A stretch of 64,000 bases of DNA from Terriglobia bacterium (GTDB taxonomy: Bacteria > Acidobacteriota > Terriglobia > 20CM-2-55-15), in assembly GCA_965198225.1 (NCBI GenBank), contig CBDAOY010000006.1:1-64000 (forward strand). The letters run 5' to 3'. Positions 20,152 to 29,573 of the stretch are shown here, in pieces; position 1 is the stretch's first letter, and each line of letters opens with the position of its first letter. The translations under genes were made by a program, and so were the position numbers. The notes under the pieces were generated by a model that was not told the DNA's origin, did no database searches, and was given only the letters and a program-made list of their open reading frames with translations.

Positions 20152-21378
20152 CTACCCTTTCACACAGACCACCTGCTTCAGAGTGTGGACGATCTCCACC
20201 AGGTGCGCCTGTGCGGCCATCACCCTGTCGATGTCCTTGTAGGCTGCTGGAGACTCATCGAGCACCTCCGAATCCTTCCGGCACTCCACTGCCGCGGTTG
20301 CCTTCTCGTGATTTTCGAGAGTGATCCGTCGCTTCGCTTCGCGACGGGACATCATCCGGCCGGCGCCGTGAGAACACGAGTCGAAAGACTCGGGGTTGCC
20401 CTTGCCCCTGACGACGTAGGAGCGGGTGCCCATCGAACCCGGGATGATTCCCAGGTCACCCTTCCTGGCCCTCACGGCACCCTTTCGAGTCACGATGACC
20501 TCGTCGCCGTAGTGCTTCTCCCTGGCGATGTAGTTGTGATGGCAGTTGACCGCACCTTCACCCGTCAATCGGATTTCCTTCTTGAAGCCAGAGTCGACGG
20601 CCTTGACGACGTTCTCCAACATGATCGAGCGATTGAGGGCGGCGAAGTTCTGTGCCCAAGTCACGGCCGCCACGTAATCACGAAACAGCTCCGAACCGTC
20701 CTTAATGTAGGCGAGGTCTTTATCGGGAAGGTTGATGGACCATCGTTCCATGTCCTTCTTTGCTGCCGCGATGAAATAGGACGCCAGGCGGTTTCCGACT
20801 CCCCTCGAACCGGAGTGCAACATGACCCAGACCGTGTCGGTCTCGTCCAGACAGATTTCGATGAAGTGATTGCCCGTGCCCAGGGTTCCGAGGTGGTTGA
20901 CGTCGTTGCCCCGGCCAAGCTTCGGATATTTTTCGACGATCGCGCGGTAGCCGTCCTTCATTCCGGGAGCCTGCCATGCCCGCGCGACGTCCGCCGGAAT
21001 GTGGTGCCAGGCTCCCCGGTCGTTCCTGCCTCCGCGGTCGGTTCTTCCGTGCGGAACCGCCTTTTCGATGGCCTCCCGGATCGGTTTCAGGTTGCTGGGG
21101 AGGTCATCGGCGGCCAGGTTCAGGGGGGCGGCTACCATGCCGCAACCCAGATCGACTCCGACGGCCGCCGGGATGACGGCGTGCTTCGTCGCGATCACCG
21201 AACCGATCGTCGCGCCCAGGCCCCAATGGGCGTCCGGCATCGCGGCGACCCAGCGATGGATGAACGGCATCGACGCCACGTTCTCCAACTGACGTCGGGC
21301 CTTCTCGTCGAGGACGACGCCCTCGGTCCAGGCCTTGACGACCCCACCGCTCTTTGCCTTGATTACGTTGTAGGACAC
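20152..21378 (-). CDS. rtcB: RtcB-family RNA ligase
   Basis: MPDAHWGLGATIG, VGVDLGCGM, LGTLGTGNHFIE, LHSGSRG, CHHNY, TRKGA, SCSHGAGR, DESPAAYK; GTG start at 21378 after GAGG. Confidence 0.97.
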   Translation of the reverse strand: MSYNVIKAKSGGVVKAWTEGVVLDEKARRQLENVASMPFIHRWVAAMPDAHWGLGATIGSVIATKHAVIPAAVGVDLGCGMVAAPLNLAADDLPSNLKPIREAIEKAVPHGRTDRGGRNDRGAWHHIPADVARAWQAPGMKDGYRAIVEKYPKLGRGNDVNHLGTLGTGNHFIEICLDETDTVWVMLHSGSRGVGNRLASYFIAAAKKDMERWSINLPDKDLAYIKDGSELFRDYVAAVTWAQNFAALNRSIMLENVVKAVDSGFKKEIRLTGEGAVNCHHNYIAREKHYGDEVIVTRKGAVRARKGDLGIIPGSMGTRSYVVRGKGNPESFDSCSHGAGRMMSRREAKRRITLENHEKATAAVECRKDSEVLDESPAAYKDIDRVMAAQAHLVEIVHTLKQVVCVKG

Positions 21379-21463
21379 GAACGCCTCTATCAACAGTGTA
21401 GCGCTCTGCGAGCCGCAAGTGGCCGTATGAGGGATTTGACGAGGGCGGACAATCGGCAGGCAA

Positions 21464-21533
21464 GTGTAGGTGCGGTCTATGACCGCACAGTCTTCAGGCC
21501 GCAACGCTGTGCGCTCACAGAGCGTACCTACAC
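21464..21533. repeat. REPIN
   Basis: GTGTAGGTGCGGTCTATGACCGCAC-20 nt-GTGCGCTCACAGAGCGTACCTACAC. Confidence 0.9.
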
Positions 21534-21546
21534 CCGATCCTCCTCG

Positions 21547-22769
21547 TCACGGCCGCAACGCGGTCCGATTGAACTCTGCGATCACGGCGTCGAAGTCATC
21601 GAGGGCCAGATCGAAGAACATCCAAAAGGCTTTCTCCTGGGCGGAAACGTTGAAGTGATAGGTCCTGTCCGGCGTGATGATTTCGTTCCGATCGATCTCG
21701 ACGTCCGCTCGGGGGACATCGAAAGCGTCCTTTCGGTACATCCACGAGTAGTACGGGTCGTAGGCGATCCGGTCACGGGTGACGTAGAGGAAACCGCGAC
21801 AGTCTGCGATGTGCCTGTGTTTCACCGGAAACCGGAGTGCCTCCTGACCCTCGTACTCCACGCGGCTGACGATTCGTAGGCCGTCCTTCTTGAACGTTGG
21901 AAAATCCCGGTCCAGAGCAAACGTTCCGTCTGACATAAAACGGTGGACGTGATCGGTTGCTTTGGGCGTTCGGATGAGGACGTTCGGAAGACGGATGTCG
22001 GAAACTCCGTATACACCCCGTCCCGCGGCGGCATGGTCGTCGAGCCTGGTGTATGAGATTTCCGCCCGATCCGACCTGTTGTCCGGCGCTGGGGCATAGT
22101 CAACTGGGAACACCTGCGGTTCCTGGTTTGCGTCCGTCCTGCTCCCGCAAAGACGTAGAGATCACCCGATCCACTGTCGGCGCTCTCGTCGTGTGGGACC
22201 AGCACGAGCTTGTAGTTTCCGGCCGCGACGATCCGGCCCATAATCCAGACGTCGTTGTCCAGTTTGGCACTCACCGCAGCCTTCCGGAACCGCTCCCGTT
22301 CCGCAGGCAGGTCTCTCCAATCCTTGCCGGTCACCTCCTTCAGCCTGGACAGGAAATCGACGTATTCGCCCTTGCCCACCTGGAAGATCGTCTCCCGTAC
22401 CTCCTCGTCCTGCCATACGATCCCAACGTAGTGGTTCGTCGACTTGAACGGCAGCATTGCCAGCGCGGGGATGAGAAAGAGGAGAGATCCTTCTCCGTGA
22501 CTTCCTCCCACCTGTTCGGAGCGCCGCCGGTTCAGGTTGTCGTAAGTCACTTCGAGGATTTGTGAGACCTGGATTTCGGTCCTGCTGTCTCTTTCGAAGA
22601 ACACGATTTCGTCTGTGCCCACCACGGCTGACGCCCGCGGCTTCTTCATCGGAAACTCTGAAAACGACGAAACCGGTGGAGCGTCCTGAGCGAGCAGTGG
22701 CAGCGGGCAGGCCGATACCGCCAGTACGAGTACGCTGATCGCCACCGTTGTCCTGACAGATCGCTTCAT
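21547..22769 (-). CDS. Secreted hypothetical protein with PH-like domains; probably one gene with a frameshift near 22115-22150
   Basis: Signal peptide MKRSVRTTVAISVLVLA; ORFs 21822..22769 and 21547..22113 overlap, and each becomes protein-like where the other stops being so. Confidence 0.6.
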
Positions 22770-22867
22770 GGCCGCCTCCTAGTTTAGGTTTTCTGAGTGG
22801 CACAAGTTTCACCATCGAAGAGCTATAAGTTCGATAGGTTCGTGCCAGATCGCTTCATGGCCGCCTC

Positions 22868-23500
22868 CTAGAGCGTCACCGAGGCCCGAATCATGCGCTG
22901 GCTGGATGCGACGAAAAATCGGAAATCCGGCCGAACGAAAACGCTGGCGTTCAGTGCATACTCCACACCTCCACCGACGTTGAACGCGACCTCGCTCCTG
23001 CGGAAGTCATTCCGGCTCAGGGTCTCCTCACGATAATTCGGACCTCCGAGTAAGAAAAAACCAGGCCCCTCTACAGTCCGAACCCGCTTGTCGGATCGCT
23101 TCAGCCGCAGGCTTCCGATACCGGCGACGACGTAGGGGCTGAAGCTGCCGACAGAAGGACTCCCCTCACCAAACCGGTAGCGGACGTTACCGGAGACGAA
23201 AGTAGACTGTCCGTCGCTACGCCTGTTGTGATCCTGTAGCGGCACTACGCCCGTATGTTTCGTGTGATTGACTTCAACTCCGACCGCCACGCGGTTGGTC
23301 ACGAAGAATGCGAGCCCGCCGGAGATGTCCGTATCTGTCCCCAGAAACCCCAATTCGTCGGACAGACGACTCCAACCCGCTCCGAAGGAAACTTCCGTTC
23401 TGTCGAAGACCTCCGTCTGAGCCGTTGCTACCGACGGGCACGCAACCAGGCACAGGAGCACCAGGAAGAACCACCTGACCAGGATCGAACGATCGATCAT
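22868..23500 (-). CDS. Outer-membrane beta-barrel (OmpA/OmpW-like) protein, possibly truncated at the C-terminus
   Basis: Signal peptide; VSGNVRYRF, SPYVVAGIG, AFNVGGGVEY, VRPDFRF; lacks the terminal aromatic residue. Confidence 0.75.
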   Translation of the reverse strand: MIDRSILVRWFFLVLLCLVACPSVATAQTEVFDRTEVSFGAGWSRLSDELGFLGTDTDISGGLAFFVTNRVAVGVEVNHTKHTGVVPLQDHNRRSDGQSTFVSGNVRYRFGEGSPSVGSFSPYVVAGIGSLRLKRSDKRVRTVEGPGFFLLGGPNYREETLSRNDFRRSEVAFNVGGGVEYALNASVFVRPDFRFFVASSQRMIRASVTL

Positions 23501-23540
23501 CACAAGAACTCCCTTCGTCAAAATTCGGTCTCGGTGAATC

Positions 23541-23610
23541 GTGTAGGTGCGCTCTATGAGCGCACATCGTTTCGGCCCGAAGAAGGTGCGGTCATGGACC
23601 GCACCTACAC
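23541..23610. repeat. REPIN, reverse orientation
   Basis: GTGTAGGTGCGCTCTATGAGCGCAC-20 nt-GTGCGGTCATGGACCGCACCTACAC. Confidence 0.9.
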
Positions 23611-23624
23611 GTCCTCATCCGCGG

Positions 23625-24071
23625 CTAGTTGTCGAGGATCCGCTCTACCTCCTGTCCCGTTTCGGTTTTCACGGTCGCCAGGATGCGTTTGTATTCTTTT
23701 TTGTCCAGCTTGAGCAGCACGAACTCGCTGTCCTCTCCGTTCTTGTAAGTGATCGTCAGCCAGTGCTTCTTGCCGTTGGAAAACAGCGCCAGCGGCGAGA
23801 TCAGGATGGCTGTCTTAGTCCTGGCGTGGGAAGAGCGTTCATAGACCACGCTCTGGATGTCCTCGTACGGGATCGTCGCGAAGACGTTCGGTTTCTTCCG
23901 GTCCTTGACGATGACCGAACCGTCCGCGAAGACCAGGTTGGCCTTGACCTCCTTGTCCTTTCCGTCCTTCTGGGCGACGTACTTGGTTTTCGGGAACTGG
24001 ATGTCGTCGGCGAAGGCCGATGCGACCCCCATCAACCACACAATCGTCAGCAGAGCAGCGATTCGTTTCAT
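23625..24071 (-). CDS. Secreted small PH-like protein
   Basis: AGGAG RBS, signal MKRIAALLTIVWLMGVASAFA, IPYEDIQSVVYE...KHWLTITYK...LKLDKKEYKRIL. Confidence 0.75.
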   Translation of the reverse strand: MKRIAALLTIVWLMGVASAFADDIQFPKTKYVAQKDGKDKEVKANLVFADGSVIVKDRKKPNVFATIPYEDIQSVVYERSSHARTKTAILISPLALFSNGKKHWLTITYKNGEDSEFVLLKLDKKEYKRILATVKTETGQEVERILDN

Positions 24072-24144
24072 GACGTCATCTCCTTTTGTTCCAGGTTCGA
24101 GGTTCCCGGAACTCGTCTCAAAATTCTCGTCACAGCCCCCAGAC

Positions 24145-24702
24145 TCACCATCGAAAGGCCAGTCGAAGGGCGACACCGTTGTTTGTTCGTGGGGCTAGGG
24201 AGAGGCTCCATCCGCGGTCCTCTCCGATCCACTCCAGTCGCTGCAGGTTTTCGCGGGCGGAGTCCATCCTACTCCAGCCTTTCAGACCAAAGAACGCCCC
24301 GCCTCCGAAGACTGCCAGTCCGGGACCGAAGATCCTCCAGTCCCGGGTGCCCCGGACGGAACCCGGCTCCGAGATTGTCTCCCGTGTGCAAACCGACACA
24401 CCGGTCAGAGGGTCGTCCCGGCAGCTCACCTTTTCTCTCGAGAACAGGGCCAACCCTCGCGTCTGGTATTCCTCCGGACCGGCGACCTCTCCGTAGGCCA
24501 TGACGGCCACGCCCGCGACCGCCACAATCGCGCCGATCCAGGTCATCTTGCGGGACGCAGACAGATCTTGCTCGGTCTGCCGATATGCTCCGCGCCACTC
24601 GGTTTCCGACGCAAAGGAGTCGGGCAGGATCGGTTCCGGCACCTGGGCAAGGGCGCTGGGCGACGCGACCAGAACGACCATAGCTGCGGCGACGATTCTC
24701 AT
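24145..24702 (-). CDS. Secreted/membrane hypothetical protein with C-terminal beta-signal-like end
   Basis: Signal peptide, two hydrophobic helices, ends WSLSLAP...LRLAFRW. Confidence 0.65.
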   Translation of the reverse strand: MRIVAAAMVVLVASPSALAQVPEPILPDSFASETEWRGAYRQTEQDLSASRKMTWIGAIVAVAGVAVMAYGEVAGPEEYQTRGLALFSREKVSCRDDPLTGVSVCTRETISEPGSVRGTRDWRIFGPGLAVFGGGAFFGLKGWSRMDSARENLQRLEWIGEDRGWSLSLAPRTNNGVALRLAFRW

Positions 24703-24773
24703 TGAGGGCCTCTACTGTTGATCGATTTCCAAGGGGTTGACCGGAGTTCGTCTCTCTCTCGATGAACACTAGG

Positions 24774-24789
24774 TGCAATCCATGCGCCT
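24774..24789 (-). promoter_or_regulatory. Candidate sigma54 -24/-12 promoter
   Basis: Minus strand AGGCGCATGGATTGCA (GG-N10-GC), about 70 nt upstream of the gene starting at 24702. Confidence 0.5.
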
Positions 24790-25073
24790 TGCCCGGGAGG
24801 GTGGGTCGTTTTTTTGTTAACTGATTGCTGCCCGATTAGATAGGGGTGCCTGGCGAGGTTGACGTGGAGACTTTGAAACGCCCGTTGAGGCCGGGAACTG
24901 AGCTTTCAGGATAGACGCTCTATCCATTGGGATAGCCCGCATAGGTACCCGCGGGTGGTCTGGTAATGAGTGAATCCAACACCTGGGGATTTGTGAAGAC
25001 CGAGATCGGAACTCCCACGGCGTCACAGGTTGATATATAAAGGAGCCATATCATCACATATAATCGTATATCC

Positions 25074-25295
25074 ATGAAGACCACACTAGAAGTCGATAAA
25101 CTATTGCTGGATGAGGTCAAAGAGATTCTCGGGACCCGGACGATCAAAGATACCGTTGAGCAAAGCCTCCGCGCGGTCATCCGACAGCGAGCCCTGGAGC
25201 GTCTGGCCGAGTCGGCAGGCACCGTCGAGTTAGATCTGACCGCAGCCAGGCTACGGCGGCAGCGCAGAAAAAGGACGCCGAGTGCATCTCGTTGA
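25074..25295 (+). CDS. vapB: VapB-family antitoxin
   Basis: MKTTLEVDKLLLDEVKEILGTRTIKDTVEQSLRAVIR; TATAAT just upstream. Confidence 0.88.
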   Translation: MKTTLEVDKLLLDEVKEILGTRTIKDTVEQSLRAVIRQRALERLAESAGTVELDLTAARLRRQRRKRTPSASR

Positions 25296-25686
25296 CACGT
25301 CGGTCTGGATCGAGTTCCTTCGACCGTCTGGAAGCTCGGAGATTCAAAGACGGCTGAAGCCCCTCATCCACAGCGGAAACATTGCCGTAACAGAGTGGAT
25401 TATTCTCGAGTTAATGACGGGCTTACGGTCTCACGAGAAAGCTTCCACTCTTCTGGAACAGTTCGCGCCCGTCTATCGACTTTCACTTTCTGATGAGAGT
25501 TGGGATCGGGCATGGAACCTTGCCGCCCGCCTGAGAAAGAACGGCATCTCCGCCAGCGCAGCCGACTGTTTGATCGCTACGATCGCAGCACAGGACGGCG
25601 CGACTCTGCTCCACTGCGATTCTGATTTCGAGTTGATTGCCCCGCACTCGAAGCTTCGAACGCTGAACTGGGTCGAGTATCTGTAG
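25282..25686 (+). CDS. vapC: PIN-domain toxin (VapC family)
   Basis: LVDTSVWIEFLR, ILELMTG, ADCLIATIA, LLHCDSDF. Confidence 0.93.
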   Translation: MHLVDTSVWIEFLRPSGSSEIQRRLKPLIHSGNIAVTEWIILELMTGLRSHEKASTLLEQFAPVYRLSLSDESWDRAWNLAARLRKNGISASAADCLIATIAAQDGATLLHCDSDFELIAPHSKLRTLNWVEYL

Positions 25687-25948
25687 ATTGGTCGGCACGG
25701 CACCGGGCTCACAGTCGCTCGCTCTTCGGCTCGGGGTAGCCTCACCACTGAGCGAGAGTGCCAACTTAAGGGACGACAACTATGAACCGTAGTCTTGACA
25801 GATGTGACCTGCTTTGGATAAGTCCGCTGATCCGATCCTCGGCGGTCACCCAAAACCGGCCAATGGTGGTCACCTGAAAACCGGCCAACGAACATAGATA
25901 AGCCCGGGACATTGACACCGACGGGAAGCCGAAACAGGCTCCGTCGGC

Positions 25949-27589
25949 ATGAGCAATGTCTTGAGCACAGAAAAGAGAGAGCAAGTTGTTGCATTGGGGC
26001 GGCTTGGATGGCCGCTGCGTCGGATCGAACAGACCACCGGCGTGCGTCGTGAGACGGCCAGTGCGTATCTGAGAGCGGCCGGAATCCCCATTCGGCCGCC
26101 CGGGAGTTGGGGCCGGCGACCGGCAAAACCGGCCAACGAGGTGACCACCGACCCGGACGGCGTAAATGGTGTCGTTGAGGGGTTTGGCGGTTCCGATACT
26201 TCAAAACCGGCCAACGAAGTGACCACCGACCCGGAGGCCGAGAATCCGGTCTCGGCAGAGTCGTCGGCTCCCCCTCCAAGCCCACCGTCGGGCAGTTCCT
26301 GCGAGCCGTACCGGGAGACCATCCAACAGGCGCTGGAGCGTGGCCGCAACGCGATGGCGATCTGGCAGGACCTGGTCACGGATCACGGTTTTGTCGGCAG
26401 CTACGAATCGGTCAAGCGTTTCGTTCGCAAACTCCGGGGAGTGCGATCCCCGGAAGCGGTCGGAATCATCCAGACCGGAGCTGGAGAGGAAGCGCAGGTC
26501 GACTACGGGACCGGACCGATGGTCCGGGATCCGAAGACGGGCAAGTACCGACGGACGCGGCTGTTCGTGATGACGTTGGGCTACAGCCGCAAATCGGTCC
26601 GGCTGCTGACGTTCAAGTCCAGTTCCCGCATCTGGGCCCAGTTGCACGAGACCGCGTTCCGCCGACTCGGCGGCACTCCCCGCCTCATCGTGCTGGATAA
26701 CCTGCGCGAAGGCGTGATCGTCCCGGACCATTACGACCCCACCCTGAATCCGTTGTTTCGAGATGTCCTGACCCATTACGGCGTGGTGGCCATGCCATGC
26801 CGGGTGCGCGATCCAGACCGCAAAGGCAAAGTCGAATCCGGTGTCGGGCACGCCCAGAAGACCCCATTGAAGGGACAGCGCTTCGAGAGCCTCGACCAGG
26901 CCCAGGGGTATCTGGATCGCTGGGAAGTCCGATGGGCCGACACCCGCATCCACGGCACGACCAAGCGGCAGGTGGCGGCCATGTTCGCCGAAGAGAAACC
27001 ATCTCTTAAGCCGCTGCCGATCGAACCGTTTCGCTATTACCAATTCGGTGAACGTGTCGTCCATCTCGACGGTTGCGTCGAAGTCGAAGCCGCCTATTAC
27101 AGTGTACCGCCGGGCTGGATCGGACGGGGTGTCAAGGTCCAGTGGGACACGCTTCACGTCCGGATCCTGGACCCAAACACCTATCCACTCCTCCGCGAGC
27201 ATGTCCGCCAGAAGCGGGGTGGATACCGTGTCCGTGCTGAAGACAACCCGAAGAAAACCCCGTTAACGACGGTGCAACTGCTGGCCCGAGCCCGCCGCGC
27301 TGGCACCCACATCGGCACACTCTGTGACGCCATTCACCGCCGACAAGGGGAAGCTGCGGTCCGCCGCATCCTGGGTGTGCTCTCCCTGGCCAAGAAGTAC
27401 GGTGTCTCCGCCGTGGAGGATGCTTCGGCTGCGGCACTGGAACTCCACGTCTACGAGTATCGTTTCGTCCGCCGCTATCTGGAGCGGCGACCTCCACTCG
27501 CCCTGCGTCAGGTCGATCCTCTCATTCGCGAACTGACTCAGTATCGCGATCTCATCAACCTCAAAATCCAGGAGCAGGAACACTCATGA
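25949..27589 (+). CDS. istA: IS21 transposase IstA
   Basis: EAQVDYG, LGYSR, VLDNL, KGKVESGV, YYSVP. Confidence 0.95.
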   Translation: MSNVLSTEKREQVVALGRLGWPLRRIEQTTGVRRETASAYLRAAGIPIRPPGSWGRRPAKPANEVTTDPDGVNGVVEGFGGSDTSKPANEVTTDPEAENPVSAESSAPPPSPPSGSSCEPYRETIQQALERGRNAMAIWQDLVTDHGFVGSYESVKRFVRKLRGVRSPEAVGIIQTGAGEEAQVDYGTGPMVRDPKTGKYRRTRLFVMTLGYSRKSVRLLTFKSSSRIWAQLHETAFRRLGGTPRLIVLDNLREGVIVPDHYDPTLNPLFRDVLTHYGVVAMPCRVRDPDRKGKVESGVGHAQKTPLKGQRFESLDQAQGYLDRWEVRWADTRIHGTTKRQVAAMFAEEKPSLKPLPIEPFRYYQFGERVVHLDGCVEVEAAYYSVPPGWIGRGVKVQWDTLHVRILDPNTYPLLREHVRQKRGGYRVRAEDNPKKTPLTTVQLLARARRAGTHIGTLCDAIHRRQGEAAVRRILGVLSLAKKYGVSAVEDASAAALELHVYEYRFVRRYLERRPPLALRQVDPLIRELTQYRDLINLKIQEQEHS

Positions 27590-28341
27590 ATCTGATCGAA
27601 CTCCAGCGGGCTCTCCGACAACTCCGGCTCGGCGGCATTGCCGAGGTGTTGGAAACACGCCTCCACCAGGCCCAGACCGAAGCCATGGCGCCGATCGACT
27701 TGGTCTCTCGTCTGGTCTCGGATGAACTGGACCGTCGCAGCATCCGGTTGTTGGAACGGCGTCGGAAACAGGCCCGGTTCCGCGATCCCCAGAAGACGCT
27801 CGACTCCTTCGACTTTACTTTCAACAAGAAGATGAATCGTAGTCTGGTCTTCGACCTGGCGACGGGCGCCTTCATCTCCAGGCACGACGATGCCTTGTTT
27901 CTCGGTCCTCCTGGCACCGGCAAGAGTCATCTGGCTCAGGCCATCGGCTTGGCTGCCATTGAGCAGGGCTATCGGGTCGTCTACCGTGAAACTCATGCGC
28001 TTCTCGACGACATCGCCGAAGCCACCATTGACGGTACCCGAAAGGAGTGCATGGAAGCTTTGGCGACGGTCCCGCTGCTGATCATCGACGATCTGGGGAT
28101 GCGGAAGCTTCCTCCCACTGCAGCAGAGGAACTCCTCGAGATCGTGATGCGACGCTATGAACGGACCAGTACGTTACTGACATCGAATCGACCCGTCCAA
28201 GACTGGGGAAAACTACTGGGTGATAGCGCCGCCGTCACAGCCATGCTGGACCGGCTGCTCCATCACGGCCACATCCTCAAATGCGGCCCTCGGAGTTGGA
28301 GGACTAAAACGGGCTTGCCGAGTCCAGTCCCAAAGAGGTAG
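27586..28341 (+). CDS. istB: IS21 ATPase IstB
   Basis: GPPGTGKSHLA, LLIIDDLG, LTSN, AMLDRLLHH; ATGA overlap with istA. Confidence 0.95.
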   Translation: MNLIELQRALRQLRLGGIAEVLETRLHQAQTEAMAPIDLVSRLVSDELDRRSIRLLERRRKQARFRDPQKTLDSFDFTFNKKMNRSLVFDLATGAFISRHDDALFLGPPGTGKSHLAQAIGLAAIEQGYRVVYRETHALLDDIAEATIDGTRKECMEALATVPLLIIDDLGMRKLPPTAAEELLEIVMRRYERTSTLLTSNRPVQDWGKLLGDSAAVTAMLDRLLHHGHILKCGPRSWRTKTGLPSPVPKR

Positions 28342-28413
28342 AACAACACCGTCCCGGGCCATCCCCGTTGGCCGGTTTTGAAGTGACCACTGAGGATCCG
28401 ATAGAATTGAACG

Positions 28414-28599
28414 ATGGAACGGGACCTCAAGCTAAAGGCTCAAGAGCTGATCGATCGCTTGCCCGAAGGGGCAAGTTGGGATGATCTGATGCATGAGATC
28501 TACGTTCGGCAAGCGATCGAATCAGGTCTCGCTGACAGTGATGCTGACCGCACGACGGAAGTCGAAGATCTTCGTCGGCGTTTCAAACTCACGAAGTGA
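28414..28599 (+). CDS. Small antitoxin-like protein
   Basis: LIDRLPEGASWDDLMHEIYVRQAIESGLAD; GTGA overlap with the downstream toxin. Confidence 0.8.
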   Translation: MERDLKLKAQELIDRLPEGASWDDLMHEIYVRQAIESGLADSDADRTTEVEDLRRRFKLTK

Positions 28600-28883
28600 A
28601 GGTTCATTGGACCGACACTGCTGTCGCCCACCTCGAGAACATCCACGACTACATTGCTCGTGACTCACCGACATACGCGTTGAGAGTCGTCGACCGGCTC
28701 ACGCGACGTTCCCAGCAGATAGGACGATTCCCGCAGTCGGGACGGATCGTACCCGAATTCGACCACCCGGAGGTCCGGGAAGTCATCGAGGGTCCGCATC
28801 GTATCGTCTATCGGATCAAGAAGGCTCAGATCGATGTCATCGCGGTTTTTCATTGTTCTCAAGAGGCTCCATGGACGTCGTAG
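28596..28883 (+). CDS. RelE/ParE-family toxin
   Basis: KVHWTDTAVAHLENIHDYIARDSP...FPQSGRIVPE...REVI...RIVYRI...VIAVFH. Confidence 0.9.
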   Translation: MKVHWTDTAVAHLENIHDYIARDSPTYALRVVDRLTRRSQQIGRFPQSGRIVPEFDHPEVREVIEGPHRIVYRIKKAQIDVIAVFHCSQEAPWTS

Positions 28884-29058
28884 TTGCACTGTCTCGATCG
28901 TACTCGGATCGCCTCTTTTGATAGTCGATGTCAGCTGACTTCCGTTCGTCTGGGAAAAAGAAAGCGCCCGAATGCCCAATCCAGCGCAAACGGTAACTCA
29001 AGTGCATTCACCAAAAGCGAGAACCCCTGTCTAAACAGGGATGCGACGCACTTCCCGT

Positions 29059-29487
29059 ATGAAGGACCAGCTTGTAAAGCGCCTGCTACCCATTCTCGGC
29101 ATCCTCATGCTCTGCTCTTGCGCAGCGAGGGATGTATATGTCGAGCAGATACTGGCTTACTGGATGGGCCACACCCAGGCAGAACTGGTGTCATCCTGGG
29201 GGCCTCCAACCTTCATATGGAGAGCCGGCGAACCGGGAATCTGGACAGAACGGATAGATAACGGGCCCATCAGGATGCTGGTTTACGTTTTAGATCAGGG
29301 GACAAGCCAACCCATACCGGCAGACTATCTGGGTACTGAATCGATGCCTGACGTTATCGGAACGCTGGGACGACCTCCGGAGGAGTTTAAGCTCAACCCT
29401 CCCAAGGTTCATACTGACACGGCAGTGAGAATGTTCTGGATCGACAGGAATGGCAAGGTGGTTCGCTCGTCATGGCAGGGCCCTTGA
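29059..29487 (+). CDS. Hypothetical lipoprotein
   Basis: Lipobox LMLCSC; WMGHTQAELVSSWGPP motif; C-terminal FWIDRNGKVVRSSWQG. Confidence 0.65.
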   Translation: MKDQLVKRLLPILGILMLCSCAARDVYVEQILAYWMGHTQAELVSSWGPPTFIWRAGEPGIWTERIDNGPIRMLVYVLDQGTSQPIPADYLGTESMPDVIGTLGRPPEEFKLNPPKVHTDTAVRMFWIDRNGKVVRSSWQGP

Positions 29488-29496
29488 ACCCAGGCC

Positions 29497-29566
29497 GTGT
29501 AGGTGCGGTCTATGACCGCACATCCTTCAAACCGCCACAACGTGCGCTCAGAGAGCGCACCTACAC
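29497..29566. repeat. REPIN
   Basis: Same 25-20-25 nt inverted doublet. Confidence 0.9.
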
Positions 29567-29573
29567 CCGACCT

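Larger units (their letters stand above)
25836..28396 (+). mobile_element. IS21-family insertion sequence (about 2.56 kb)
   Basis: Terminal IRs TCCTCGGCGGTCACCCAAAACCGGCCAA and TTGGCCGGTTTTGAAGTGACCACTGAGGA; flanking direct repeat TCCGA (25831-25835, 28397-28401; could be 7-bp ATCCGAT); carries istA and istB. Confidence 0.93.

Noticed and set aside
20134-21879. Long plus-strand ORF opposite rtcB, and similar antisense ORFs opposite the kinases and istA
   Set aside because: Shadow ORFs typical of high-GC coding DNA, with no motifs.
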